The position numbers and the translations under genes were made by a program. Below the pieces are notes generated by a model. That model saw only the letters and a program-made list of their open reading frames with translations, was not told where the DNA came from and did not search any database. From the IMG/VR virus record IMGVR_UViG_3300025648_000023: 64,000 nucleotides of DNA; one strand, 5' to 3'. Of this stretch, positions 28,099 to 37,915 are shown piece after piece (the stretch's first letter is position 1; every line of letters starts with the position of its first letter). This DNA comes from an uncultured virus (IMG/VR IMGVR_UViG_3300025648_000023). Lineage: Duplodnaviria > Heunggongvirae > Uroviricota > Caudoviricetes.

Positions 28099-31000
28099 AT
28101 GCAACATACAAATAAACTTATCCCCTTAAAAGTAAACGCAGACCTTAGTGCCGCTTACTTTGATGCTTATACGGCTCGTTATCTAAAAAATGTTACTTCA
28201 TACGAAAGTGCTACTAATGAGTACGGCGATATAAAAGAGGGAAACAATGCAGCATCATTAAAGAAGTTGCAAAGCAACGAATTGTATGTGCCTTTCGCTT
28301 TGCCAAGTGGAGATAATTATTGCATAGGTGCTAAAGGATTTGCAGTTACAAATGAAGTTTATTGTTTTATATACAACAGTAACGGCAATCATTCAATTTA
28401 TAGAGTAAGTGCAAGCAATAGAACGGCTGATTTAGTTTATCAAAATGCTTGTTTAAATTTTCAACTACAACCACAATACTTCATTGCTTCAATAGTTTTA
28501 TTACCCATTAAATTAACAGACCCCGACACGGGAATAACCGTTATAAAAAGAGATTTGTATTGGGCTGATGGCTTTAATGATGCAGGGTATCTAAGGGTAG
28601 ATGATGCAATAGGCTCACAAGGTTTTAATAGTACAATCTATCCTTATTTTAATGGGAATTATGACCCTTGCTCTTTGATTAGGATGGGATTTGAAACCCC
28701 TGACAAAGAAATACAAATAGCAGAAATACCCGTTACGAGTGCAGATGTAGGCATACCCAATAATGTATTGTATCAAGGATTTCAATTTAGGATAAGGAAC
28801 ACAAACGTATTTGGCGTACCGTCCGAACACGGCATTATAAGTGATTTATATTTTAGTGGGGTAAATGATTGCATGGTATCAAGCAGTACATCCCCCCGTT
28901 GCCTATCATTGACCTTTGATGCGGGTAATCCATTTAACAATTCAATAGATGTAGAGTATAGGATAGGGAATAGCGACCAATGGTATAAAGACACTACACT
29001 ATTTCTTTATCAAGGGAGTACAGTTGGTAGTTGGTGGACTAGAAGCAGAAATTCAAATGTAACATACAATGCTTCTACTAATCAAATAACATATACTTTT
29101 TGTAATAACGGCGAACAAACCCCCGTTTCCCAAGACGAAACAAATAGGACAGAAAACCCTATACCTAAGTCGCCACAAGTATTATTTGAATTAAATCAAA
29201 AATTGGCTTTAGCAAACTTTAAACAAGGCTTTTCACCTTTAAGCAGCAATATACTCAATAATTGTAAACTTACATTATCCGAAACCCCCGTTACTGTTAC
29301 AGCAACTAGGACTATAACCATATTGGTAGCAATAATAAATGAAGTTACGGGCAATGTAAACGGGGTTTTTAAAAACGGCACACGAGGTTATGTATGGGGC
29401 GACCCCAATGAAGCACTAGCATATAAGCAGTATTTTACCAATATCTATCAAAGTGGGTTTATAGGGTACTTGAATGATGGCAGCGTAGCTATAAGTGAAC
29501 AAGTTTATTGGAATGGTGGCAGTTATTCTTTAGACGAAACTTTTGCCAATCAGAATATAGTATTCCAACGGTTTACATTTACGGGGGTATCAGCAGGGGT
29601 TAAAGTTTTTAGGCTTGCGTCGCACTTATACGACCCGACAAGTGGGACTGATTTCCAATCCACAAGCACAACCGTAAGGGGGGTGTATCAAATAAATAAT
29701 AATTATTTAAATATAGGTCAATACCCTTTTTTGACAGCCCCACAGAATGATTATGGTAGTGGCATATTGACTAAAGAATTAGTTATAGATGTAAGTAACG
29801 GGGATTATACTACATTTAATGATACTAAAATGATGGTTATTGCCGACTTTGCGGCAAATAGTGATTTATTAAGGGTTATTAGTGGGTATGTTTATGAAAC
29901 ATCGCAAAACGGATTCCCCCAAAGCCCTATGGAGTTAATAAGGCTAACAAACGGTCACGGGGCGACATCGGTTATTACAGACCATAATGGGTTTTATTGG
30001 TTTAGGTCGCAACAGGCAGGGTCTGTTTCTTGTGGGTTTAATTTTTATTATAATTGCGTTCAAGTTGCCGTAAGTTCATCTCTACAAGGGCACGGAATGA
30101 CAACATCAGACATTACTATCAATACAAAGGATAAGGCTTACGAGCAAATGTTTGATTTACCATGCAATAGGGCTATAATACAAGGTAAGATTATATTGAA
30201 CAATAGCAATGGCGAAGGAATACCAAATGTACCAATAGTATTAACTAGAGGTGGACACACTACAAGTAATGATGATGGGACATTCTCATTAGTGTGCCAC
30301 GATGATGCTCAAAATGGTGGAGTAAGAATAGATGAATTAATTATAAGCGGTGGTTCTTGTGCTTTTACGGGGATAAATGGAACGACTATACCAACCATAC
30401 CTATTACTATAAATGCTTGTACGGGCGGTTGTACCGAAAGGGTTTATGATATAGGTACTGTTTACTTGGAATACAAATCCTTCAAATCATTGCTTACGGG
30501 GGGAAAATATGCGTATGCGTTAATCCCTAAAGATGGGTTACGGGCGGGGTATGCTCAACCCATTGGCGTTTTGCAAGTCCCTTCTATTCCACAATCACAA
30601 GCGATAAACGCATATCAAACTAATTTACAGATAACAAATAATCCTACATTCCCTTTGGATATAACGGAGTGTACGGTAGCTGTTAGTAAAGAATTGTCAT
30701 TATCTGATTATGTCACTTGGATAGTAGATAAAGTTGATTTTGTTGATAATACGGGTGCTGTAAACATTTATTCCCCTTCTCAAATTAGGATATGGTATGC
30801 TAGTTTAAATAAATTCAATGCCAATAATAATTACAATACAACTTGTAATTGGCAATTTATACCACAAGGGCAATCAACCCCAACAGTAGGGGACAAGGTA
30901 TCATTTATATTAAATGGGGATAATTCATTTTTTAGTAAGAATATTTCAGCAGTAGTAAAATATGATACAACGGGGCAATATTTTTTGATAGACTACAATA

Positions 31001-32619
31001 GCGAATTAAAAGGGTTGTTAGCAAATGCTATTATAAGGATTACTAGACCTAATGCAATAAACAATGCAGAACAAATTTCGTATTATGAAATACCAAATAG
31101 TAGGATAGAAATAAAGAACGGTCAAGCACAAACGACAAACATTTTACTAAATCATTATGACACATATTTTTTAAGCCGACAAATCCCCGTCCCTACATTA
31201 CTTACTACAACCCCACTTGTTACTACTATAACAAATACCACCACAACGGGGACGATAGTTGCATCCCAAGTTCAAACTTTTGACAGTAGCAATTCAATAA
31301 TTTCTTTAAAAAATTTTGGGGTAAGATTTGAAAGCAAATCCCCTAGCAATACTTGGGGGCTTAATATTTATAATCAAGGGCGACCATTTACAAGCAATCT
31401 CTACGAGCAAGTAATACATAAAATAAATTCAGTAGCCCTAACAGGCACTTTATCTATCAACGGTGCTTTGAATTATTTGCAATATTTTTCAGATACATTG
31501 ATACAAGATTTTGATGTAAAAAATACATTGGGTATTTCGGGGGCTGTATTTGATACGGGGGTTGTTTGGTTCTTGACACAATTCAGCAACTTTAAAGTAG
31601 GGTACAACGACAACCTGTTAAGAGTAGATTCAACAGGAACGGTAAGTGTTGCTTCCGCAAGTAATGTGTGGGGAAACCCTGAAAGAGAAATAGGGGATGT
31701 TTACGGATGCCAACTAATAGACAAGTGTAGCATACAGACTTTAGGTAAATTGACTATGTTTGTTGATAGGCAGCAATGTGATGTTTTGCAGTTTAATTTT
31801 TCTTCTTTCAAATCAATGATTAGTGATGAAAATGAGATACTGCCTAATGTGATAAAAGGCAAAATAGATAGTTCTTTTAGGGCTAAATTAAAGGCTATTG
31901 CAGCAGATGGCACTAAGTTTTTTGTAGGGGGAATAGACCCGCTTGAAAACAAATATCTATTGACCGACTTCTCTTTAAATAATATCAGTTACATAAACCA
32001 AAGCAGGAATTATACCCCACTAGACAACAATACAACAACATTTGATATTAATACTACCAATGTTACGGGGGATGTATCTTTTACGCCCGAAATGTATGCA
32101 AGTATTGATGGTGACTTATTGAATAAGCAGTTGTTCACATTTAACAACGGTGCAATATATTCCCACCATAACATAAATACGAATAACTCATTCAATGTGT
32201 TTTATGGGGTACAATGCGAAAGTATTATTGAAATAGTTTGTGCCACACAAGCATTGTCACAAGTGTTCTTCCAAGCACTATCAAATTACTGTAAGCAAAA
32301 TCTTTTATTTGCAGATAGGATAATAACACAAACGGGTCAAAAGTCTTATTTGTTATTAAACAACTTTCAATGGGGTCAATTCTTTAGTTCGGCAGGATTC
32401 TTACGGGATATGAATACCCCTACTGATTCCAACACAACCCCAACAGTACTTGGCAATATCGTTCAAGAGGGTAACCCATTATACGGGCAATGGATACAAA
32501 TAAGGTTAATAACAGACAGCAGTACTGCCAATAATTATATGGAGTACTTTGGTAGCGAAGTAACGATGTTTGATTCAAAGCGTGACCCTATATTAGAGAA
32601 GGGGCAACTTCGGGAATAA
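28099..32619 (+). CDS. tail muzzle/stabilization protein (P22 gp10-like, crAss-like)
   Basis: ARYLKNV, NYCIG, LNFQ, LYWADG, YGCQ, GGIDP, FYGVQ and LYGQW follow the beta-propeller muzzle pattern; 1506 aa. Confidence 0.7.
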   Translation: MQHTNKLIPLKVNADLSAAYFDAYTARYLKNVTSYESATNEYGDIKEGNNAASLKKLQSNELYVPFALPSGDNYCIGAKGFAVTNEVYCFIYNSNGNHSIYRVSASNRTADLVYQNACLNFQLQPQYFIASIVLLPIKLTDPDTGITVIKRDLYWADGFNDAGYLRVDDAIGSQGFNSTIYPYFNGNYDPCSLIRMGFETPDKEIQIAEIPVTSADVGIPNNVLYQGFQFRIRNTNVFGVPSEHGIISDLYFSGVNDCMVSSSTSPRCLSLTFDAGNPFNNSIDVEYRIGNSDQWYKDTTLFLYQGSTVGSWWTRSRNSNVTYNASTNQITYTFCNNGEQTPVSQDETNRTENPIPKSPQVLFELNQKLALANFKQGFSPLSSNILNNCKLTLSETPVTVTATRTITILVAIINEVTGNVNGVFKNGTRGYVWGDPNEALAYKQYFTNIYQSGFIGYLNDGSVAISEQVYWNGGSYSLDETFANQNIVFQRFTFTGVSAGVKVFRLASHLYDPTSGTDFQSTSTTVRGVYQINNNYLNIGQYPFLTAPQNDYGSGILTKELVIDVSNGDYTTFNDTKMMVIADFAANSDLLRVISGYVYETSQNGFPQSPMELIRLTNGHGATSVITDHNGFYWFRSQQAGSVSCGFNFYYNCVQVAVSSSLQGHGMTTSDITINTKDKAYEQMFDLPCNRAIIQGKIILNNSNGEGIPNVPIVLTRGGHTTSNDDGTFSLVCHDDAQNGGVRIDELIISGGSCAFTGINGTTIPTIPITINACTGGCTERVYDIGTVYLEYKSFKSLLTGGKYAYALIPKDGLRAGYAQPIGVLQVPSIPQSQAINAYQTNLQITNNPTFPLDITECTVAVSKELSLSDYVTWIVDKVDFVDNTGAVNIYSPSQIRIWYASLNKFNANNNYNTTCNWQFIPQGQSTPTVGDKVSFILNGDNSFFSKNISAVVKYDTTGQYFLIDYNSELKGLLANAIIRITRPNAINNAEQISYYEIPNSRIEIKNGQAQTTNILLNHYDTYFLSRQIPVPTLLTTTPLVTTITNTTTTGTIVASQVQTFDSSNSIISLKNFGVRFESKSPSNTWGLNIYNQGRPFTSNLYEQVIHKINSVALTGTLSINGALNYLQYFSDTLIQDFDVKNTLGISGAVFDTGVVWFLTQFSNFKVGYNDNLLRVDSTGTVSVASASNVWGNPEREIGDVYGCQLIDKCSIQTLGKLTMFVDRQQCDVLQFNFSSFKSMISDENEILPNVIKGKIDSSFRAKLKAIAADGTKFFVGGIDPLENKYLLTDFSLNNISYINQSRNYTPLDNNTTTFDINTTNVTGDVSFTPEMYASIDGDLLNKQLFTFNNGAIYSHHNINTNNSFNVFYGVQCESIIEIVCATQALSQVFFQALSNYCKQNLLFADRIITQTGQKSYLLLNNFQWGQFFSSAGFLRDMNTPTDSNTTPTVLGNIVQEGNPLYGQWIQIRLITDSSTANNYMEYFGSEVTMFDSKRDPILEKGQLRE

Positions 32620-33361
32620 CAGATGATATATATTTTGATTCCACCACACGGTAATCATTCCCATTAACGGAAACTATTGTGTTAGAAGCATAGCTAGGGA
32701 TAGAAATAATATCTTCTTTTTTATATAGCTTTTCATTTGTAACGTAAGCTACTTTAAAAGCAATGGTTTTTCTTTTACTTAGTTCTTTGGTAGTTTCAAG
32801 GCTTTCTTTTTCTTTACGCCTTATTTCTGTACGCAAATCCCAATTAGCAGGGGAGTTGTGCATCTTGTAGAGGTTATCTTGTTTTGCTTGGTTTAGCTTC
32901 CTTATCTTTTCGTCACGACTTAAACGATAAGCAGCCAAACTATCTTCATTCAAGCATATTTCTTCTTGGTGTAAAAAAGTATAGAAGGGGTGTGGGATTA
33001 TTTCATTGTCTTTTAAGATGCCGTAGGTTTGGATAAATTCCCCTGCAACTTCTTTAGCCAATACATTGAAATAAAAATCTGTTTCTGTTTCATCTACTAA
33101 GTAGTGGCTTTTAGTTTCACTTAATGAAGCAGATGATTCTATAAAATGATGGTAAATAAGTAAATCCCCTATTTCAGCAAGTGGCAGTTGTTTTTTAGCA
33201 ATATCAGAAATAGATACTATCTCACCACATTGAAGGTTACGGGTGTACCATACAAAAGATTGGTGGTGGTATATTTCTTCACCTTCACGGTTTTTAACTA
33301 AGGATTCCTTTGAAACTCTAACTATTATATTAGGGGATATGGCGATGTATTTATTGCTCAT
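32588..33361 (-). CDS. GroES-like protein (extended, possibly two GroES-like domains)
   Basis: CGEIVSIS...EIGDLLIYHHF and C-terminal VNGNDYRVVESKYI; start taken at ATG 33361. Confidence 0.6.
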   Translation of the reverse strand: MSNKYIAISPNIIVRVSKESLVKNREGEEIYHHQSFVWYTRNLQCGEIVSISDIAKKQLPLAEIGDLLIYHHFIESSASLSETKSHYLVDETETDFYFNVLAKEVAGEFIQTYGILKDNEIIPHPFYTFLHQEEICLNEDSLAAYRLSRDEKIRKLNQAKQDNLYKMHNSPANWDLRTEIRRKEKESLETTKELSKRKTIAFKVAYVTNEKLYKKEDIISIPSYASNTIVSVNGNDYRVVESKYISSVIPEVAPSLI

Positions 33362-33385
33362 TTTTTCTAGTTTAATTAATTCGTG

Positions 33386-33393
33386 CAAATTTA
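33386..33393 (-). promoter_or_regulatory. -7 element TAAATTTG
   Basis: CAAATTTA on the + strand, about 25 nt upstream of the GroES-like ATG. Confidence 0.55.
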
Positions 33394-33420
33394 TGTACTT
33401 TTACACAATAATTATAATTT

Positions 33421-35901
33421 ATGGACTTATTTGCTTCGGAGTGTTACAAACAGCTTAATCCAAATAAAAAAGATGCAAAATGGTTTAACGATGTAATAAC
33501 TATATTCAGACGAGATTGGGTACAGTTAGTCAATCGTGAACGTGCTATTGAAAATAGACAGATACTATTTTCACAGCAACCAATGGACAATGTAAAGGCT
33601 TTTTTTAGCGATAAAGAGTTTTTAGAAAATACCGATTTCGTTCCTTTGGGAATTTGGGGGCGTATATTCAATATCATCTTGGAAGAATTGCGAAGCGACC
33701 CCCCCGAAATAACAGTAAGGGCAAATGATGAATCAGCAATGATGGATAAGCAAGCAGATATTAAAAGATTGTCTACTTTTACCCAACATCAAAAAGCAGT
33801 ATCTGAATTAAATTCAAGGGTAGGATTACCCCCTTTGCCAGCAGACGATACAAAGTTTAAGACCAACATAAAAGAAATGCTTTTATACGGGTTAGACCCC
33901 AATGACAAAGAAGATATAGACTTCTTTCATAGGAATGACTTTATCCGATTAAAGCAAGAAATCGCCGCTAACAAAGTAATAAGTGCCGTACTAAATGTAA
34001 ACAACTACGACAAAGAAATATTAGAGGACAACGTTATAGACATTCTTAGCACAAATACTTGTACAGTACATAAATATGTTAGCCAAACAACAGGGGAACA
34101 AAAGATACAAAGGATATTCCCCGAAGAAGTATATGGCATATTTGGCAATAAACGTGATGGCTCTAGGGATATTTGTAACGGGTGGGTACAGAATGTCCCA
34201 TTAAGGGATTTTATCGCAATGGCAGGTCAGGATTTCGACTTTGAAAGGGATTGGTATCAATTACTATGGGCTTTAAATTTCAGCAACAACAGCACCTACA
34301 CTGGTTTTACACAGGGGAATAGGGAATACAACGGGAAACATCACCCAAATTACGAAAGCGATAAAGACTATTTCTCACAAGCGCAAGGTTATAGTGGGGA
34401 GTTTGGGGGCAAATTCCTTTCTTGGGAACAAGCCTATACTTATAATGTCCAAGTGGGGTATATAGAGTTTTGCTCGATAGATGCCACAAAGTCATACCTA
34501 TCAAAAAAAGATAAGAACGGGAAAGAAATAGAAGTAGGCAAGATTGTCCCTTATGGTTATGACTTAGACGACAAAGAAGTTACAGAAGGGTATGTAGTAG
34601 AAAATATCACTAACGAGCAATTTTATTATAGTTACTTTTTACCGACTACAAGCATCTCCCAATGGATATATAATTTCGGCAAAGTAATCTATCAAGATAC
34701 ACAAGGGGTAAACGATGAATATTCTTGTGGGAATATGATAGTTTACCGTAAAGAAGGTGCAAGCGCAGTAGATATATCCAAGACGGATATTTTCAAGGCA
34801 AACCAAGCGGCTTATAGGATATTATGGTTGCTATCAAAAGTACAGCCTAACAAAGAAGATTACGATTGGGATGAAGTAATGGAGTTGGCGCAATTATTCA
34901 AAAGGGAATACCAACAAGACAATGAAGATTCCCCTATCTTTTCAGTAGGGAATATCTTAGAGGATATAGTAAAGGTTCAAAAGCAATCACACGTTAGGAT
35001 TAGGGTAAGACCTAGAATAGATGGCAGAAAAACCCAAGACTATCATAGAATAGAAGTACAGCAACCCCGTGACCTACAATCAATGTGGATAGAATCAATA
35101 GAAAAAACAGCCATTGAAAACATTGCCCAAATGGTAGGGCTTAATGATGTAAGATTAGGACAAGTACAAAATGCAAGAAAAGGCTTTAAGGCTTCCGAAA
35201 TGGAAACAACCCAAAGCGAAAAAAGCACAGGGTATATATTTAGGATAATACAGTATGTAAAAGAACGTATATGTACTAGGATACTAAACACAACCCAAGA
35301 TGCAATAGCTTTTGAAGATAGTTTGGCTTGTGATTGGATTAGGTCAATAATAGGGGAATTACAGTTCAACAACTTGAAAAACCTAAAAGACTATGCAGAT
35401 AAAAACAAGGCAGCACATAGATTAGGGTTATATGTAGGTAACTACATTACAGCTATGGATAGACAAAAGGTTATCCAAGCAGCAGATATGGCATTGGCTA
35501 ATCAAGACGGCAAAGGTGGAATAGAATTAAACGAATGGGGAATTATTACCCGTGAAAAAGACCCAAGACAAGGGTTAGCATTATTAGAGCAATATCGTGA
35601 GAAAGCAAGAAAGCGTACAAGAAAAGAAAAGTTGGAAGAAATAAAAATGCAGCAAGACCACCAAAAAGAAATGCAAGCAAACGAAGCTAAAATGCAACAA
35701 GCAAAAGATGCAGCAGATATTCAAAAGGCTCAAATCCCTGCACAAGCTATGGTACAAGTTGCACAACTTAACAATAAGACTAAAGAAGATATTACAGATA
35801 AGAAGATAGAAAACGAACCTGCAAAACAACAGACAAGAACGGCTAACCAAAAAGACTTAGCTACACACAAATCAGATTTGCAGCAACAAGAAAGTTACTA
35901 A
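33421..35901 (+). CDS. portal protein
   Basis: 826 aa; ITVRAND, IAQMVGLNDVRLGQ and a Q/A-rich C-terminal coiled-coil barrel; lies between terminase/muzzle and capsid genes. Confidence 0.8.
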   Translation: MDLFASECYKQLNPNKKDAKWFNDVITIFRRDWVQLVNRERAIENRQILFSQQPMDNVKAFFSDKEFLENTDFVPLGIWGRIFNIILEELRSDPPEITVRANDESAMMDKQADIKRLSTFTQHQKAVSELNSRVGLPPLPADDTKFKTNIKEMLLYGLDPNDKEDIDFFHRNDFIRLKQEIAANKVISAVLNVNNYDKEILEDNVIDILSTNTCTVHKYVSQTTGEQKIQRIFPEEVYGIFGNKRDGSRDICNGWVQNVPLRDFIAMAGQDFDFERDWYQLLWALNFSNNSTYTGFTQGNREYNGKHHPNYESDKDYFSQAQGYSGEFGGKFLSWEQAYTYNVQVGYIEFCSIDATKSYLSKKDKNGKEIEVGKIVPYGYDLDDKEVTEGYVVENITNEQFYYSYFLPTTSISQWIYNFGKVIYQDTQGVNDEYSCGNMIVYRKEGASAVDISKTDIFKANQAAYRILWLLSKVQPNKEDYDWDEVMELAQLFKREYQQDNEDSPIFSVGNILEDIVKVQKQSHVRIRVRPRIDGRKTQDYHRIEVQQPRDLQSMWIESIEKTAIENIAQMVGLNDVRLGQVQNARKGFKASEMETTQSEKSTGYIFRIIQYVKERICTRILNTTQDAIAFEDSLACDWIRSIIGELQFNNLKNLKDYADKNKAAHRLGLYVGNYITAMDRQKVIQAADMALANQDGKGGIELNEWGIITREKDPRQGLALLEQYREKARKRTRKEKLEEIKMQQDHQKEMQANEAKMQQAKDAADIQKAQIPAQAMVQVAQLNNKTKEDITDKKIENEPAKQQTRTANQKDLATHKSDLQQQESY

Positions 35902-35903
35902 AT

Positions 35904-35931
35904 AAAAAAGCCCCTAAATAACTAGGGGCTT
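35904..35931 (-). terminator. intrinsic terminator between convergent genes
   Basis: AAGCCCCTA-aataac-TAGGGGCTT 9-bp stem; the A-tract on + gives a U-tail on -. Confidence 0.7.
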
Positions 35932-36357
35932 ACCTTCTTTTACGAGTTTTTCTTTTACAGTTTTTAGTATAGCCGAAAGTGTTGATTTTGCTAAACCAAT
36001 ATCTCCATTAAATAGATATTGAAATATCATTTCTCTACTTTCTTCGTATCCTCCATTAGCCCTTTTTGGTTGTTCTAAACAATCATAAAACTTTTTAAGG
36101 TAGTCAAAATCTAATTTAAGAGAGTTGTCTATATCTTCGTACATTTCGCCCCTTAATTTCATTTCTATTGTTTTCCAAGACCAACCATTGTCCCAAAATT
36201 CTTCTATTAAATGTAGCATAGAAACTTCAACCCCTGTTTTTTTAAAATTGGCAACAGCGATAGATATGGGAACCCCATCTTGGTAAAATAGTTTACCAAC
36301 ACCCTTTAAGCACACAAACCTTCCTCCAATATATTCTACTAAAAATTCACTATTCAT
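35914..36357 (-). CDS. hypothetical protein with alanyl-tRNA-synthetase-like helical motif
   Basis: GKLFYQDGVPISI resembles the AlaRS FKLYDTYGFPLDL motif. Confidence 0.5.
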   Translation of the reverse strand: MNSEFLVEYIGGRFVCLKGVGKLFYQDGVPISIAVANFKKTGVEVSMLHLIEEFWDNGWSWKTIEMKLRGEMYEDIDNSLKLDFDYLKKFYDCLEQPKRANGGYEESREMIFQYLFNGDIGLAKSTLSAILKTVKEKLVKEGKPLVI

Positions 36358-36360
36358 AAT

Positions 36361-36684
36361 TTATATTTTTTCAATTAAAACGGGTTGAATAATACCCCTA
36401 TCAATAATTGTGTTGATAGGGGTATTTGTTTTTTGGGATATTATCTTTAATGCCTCGTGTTCGTCAGTAGATATATAAGTACTACTCCAAACCCTTTTTT
36501 GACTAACCATTTCAGTTATACATTCGGGACATTCATTGAAATCCCTTATCAAAGTTATTATTTTCTTTCTAAGATAGGAACGTATAGTAACCTTTGGGTT
36601 ATCCCTTTTAATTTTTTCTTCAAATGCTTTCCACTCGTTTTCAGTCCTAGTGGGTTTTAATTGAACAACGTTCCTTTTTGCCAT
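36361..36684 (-). CDS. tandem ribbon-helix-helix DNA-binding protein
   Basis: Two beta-helix-helix units: VVQLKP..ENEWKAF..TIRSYLRKKI and STYISTDEHEALK..PINTIIDRGI. Confidence 0.55.
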   Translation of the reverse strand: MAKRNVVQLKPTRTENEWKAFEEKIKRDNPKVTIRSYLRKKIITLIRDFNECPECITEMVSQKRVWSSTYISTDEHEALKIISQKTNTPINTIIDRGIIQPVLIEKI

Positions 36685-36704
36685 ATAATCACTTTGAAAG
36701 ATTA

Positions 36705-36712
36705 CAAAGGTA
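36705..36712 (-). promoter_or_regulatory. -7 element TACCTTTG
   Basis: CAAAGGTA on the + strand, about 20 nt upstream of the RHH gene. Confidence 0.55.
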
Positions 36713-36769
36713 ATGGAATGTTATTTAAGAACAAAATCGGTTGCAATTTTACATCGTAATTAATTATTT

Positions 36770-37888
36770 ATGATTCGCACCCACAGCAAATTCATTTTCA
36801 ACACGGATACAGAAATAACAGGAGGAGGCGGTGATGATGCCGCAGTCCTAGAGGCTAGGAAGAAAAGAGACGAATATTATAGTTCTTTGGAAACCCCTGC
36901 AAATAAAGTTGATAACGTAGATGATAAGTCAGAAGAAGTTATTGACGAAACCCCTTTAAAGATTGGCGCAAAACAAAGAGAAGAAGTTACCCCAATAGTT
37001 GAAGAAAAAAAAGACGATGCCCCTGCTAAAATCGAATTGACAGACGAAGCAGTCGCAGAATACCTTAAAAAGAAAACGGGTCGTGATGATGTTTCTGATT
37101 TATTTAAACCCGTAGTTGATGAAAAGGCAGAAAAATCAAGACGTAAATCAGAATCCCTTGCTTGGGGGTTACAAAACAAGCTGATTGATGCAGAAAGTTT
37201 TGAATTGTTTACAAAAGTAAATGCAAACCCACACCAAGCAGTTTATGAACAACAACTTGAAGAAGCAAGACAAGAAGAAGGATTTGACGAAGATGATTTC
37301 AAGGCGGAATATGACGAAAAGTTTGGATTAAACGAAGATAAAGAAAGCGCAAAGTATAAGAGAGGGCAAAAACTTCTTAATGCACTTGCAAAAAACATTA
37401 TCGAAAGTACATTCCCCGAAATAGTAAGCCTAGAAAGCAAATACAGTTCTTTTGAAGAAGAAAAGTCAAAAGAAGAAAAGATAAACAAAGAAGTTCTTTC
37501 AAAAGCCCCAACATACAAGGCTATTATAGAAGAAGTAAAGACCGAATTGAAAAGTTTGGAATTGCCAATAGCAGGAGTTGATTGGACTTTAAAAGTAGAT
37601 GCTAGTGAAGCGATAGAAGGATATATTGAACACTTCTTATCTGAATCAGAAGCTAGAAAGCAAATACTAAACGGTGCTACAAAAGAGCAAATATCTACAA
37701 TAGTAAAAAATGCCATCATAGTAGAAAACTTGCCAAGCATATTGTCAGATGCGGTAAACAAGGGGGTTATCAGACACAAGGGGGGATTGAAAGGTATATT
37801 GAAAGACAGGGTTGCATTAAGCAATGGGACAGAAGTAAAGACGGGGATAGAAAAAAGAAACGCTTATTATAGTGCGGAAAATAATTAA
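36770..37888 (+). CDS. capsid scaffolding protein
   Basis: Highly acidic, helical 372-aa protein immediately upstream of the major capsid gene. Confidence 0.65.
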   Translation: MIRTHSKFIFNTDTEITGGGGDDAAVLEARKKRDEYYSSLETPANKVDNVDDKSEEVIDETPLKIGAKQREEVTPIVEEKKDDAPAKIELTDEAVAEYLKKKTGRDDVSDLFKPVVDEKAEKSRRKSESLAWGLQNKLIDAESFELFTKVNANPHQAVYEQQLEEARQEEGFDEDDFKAEYDEKFGLNEDKESAKYKRGQKLLNALAKNIIESTFPEIVSLESKYSSFEEEKSKEEKINKEVLSKAPTYKAIIEEVKTELKSLELPIAGVDWTLKVDASEAIEGYIEHFLSESEARKQILNGATKEQISTIVKNAIIVENLPSILSDAVNKGVIRHKGGLKGILKDRVALSNGTEVKTGIEKRNAYYSAENN

Positions 37889-37915
37889 AACAAACAAACA
37901 ATAAAATAAAACAAT

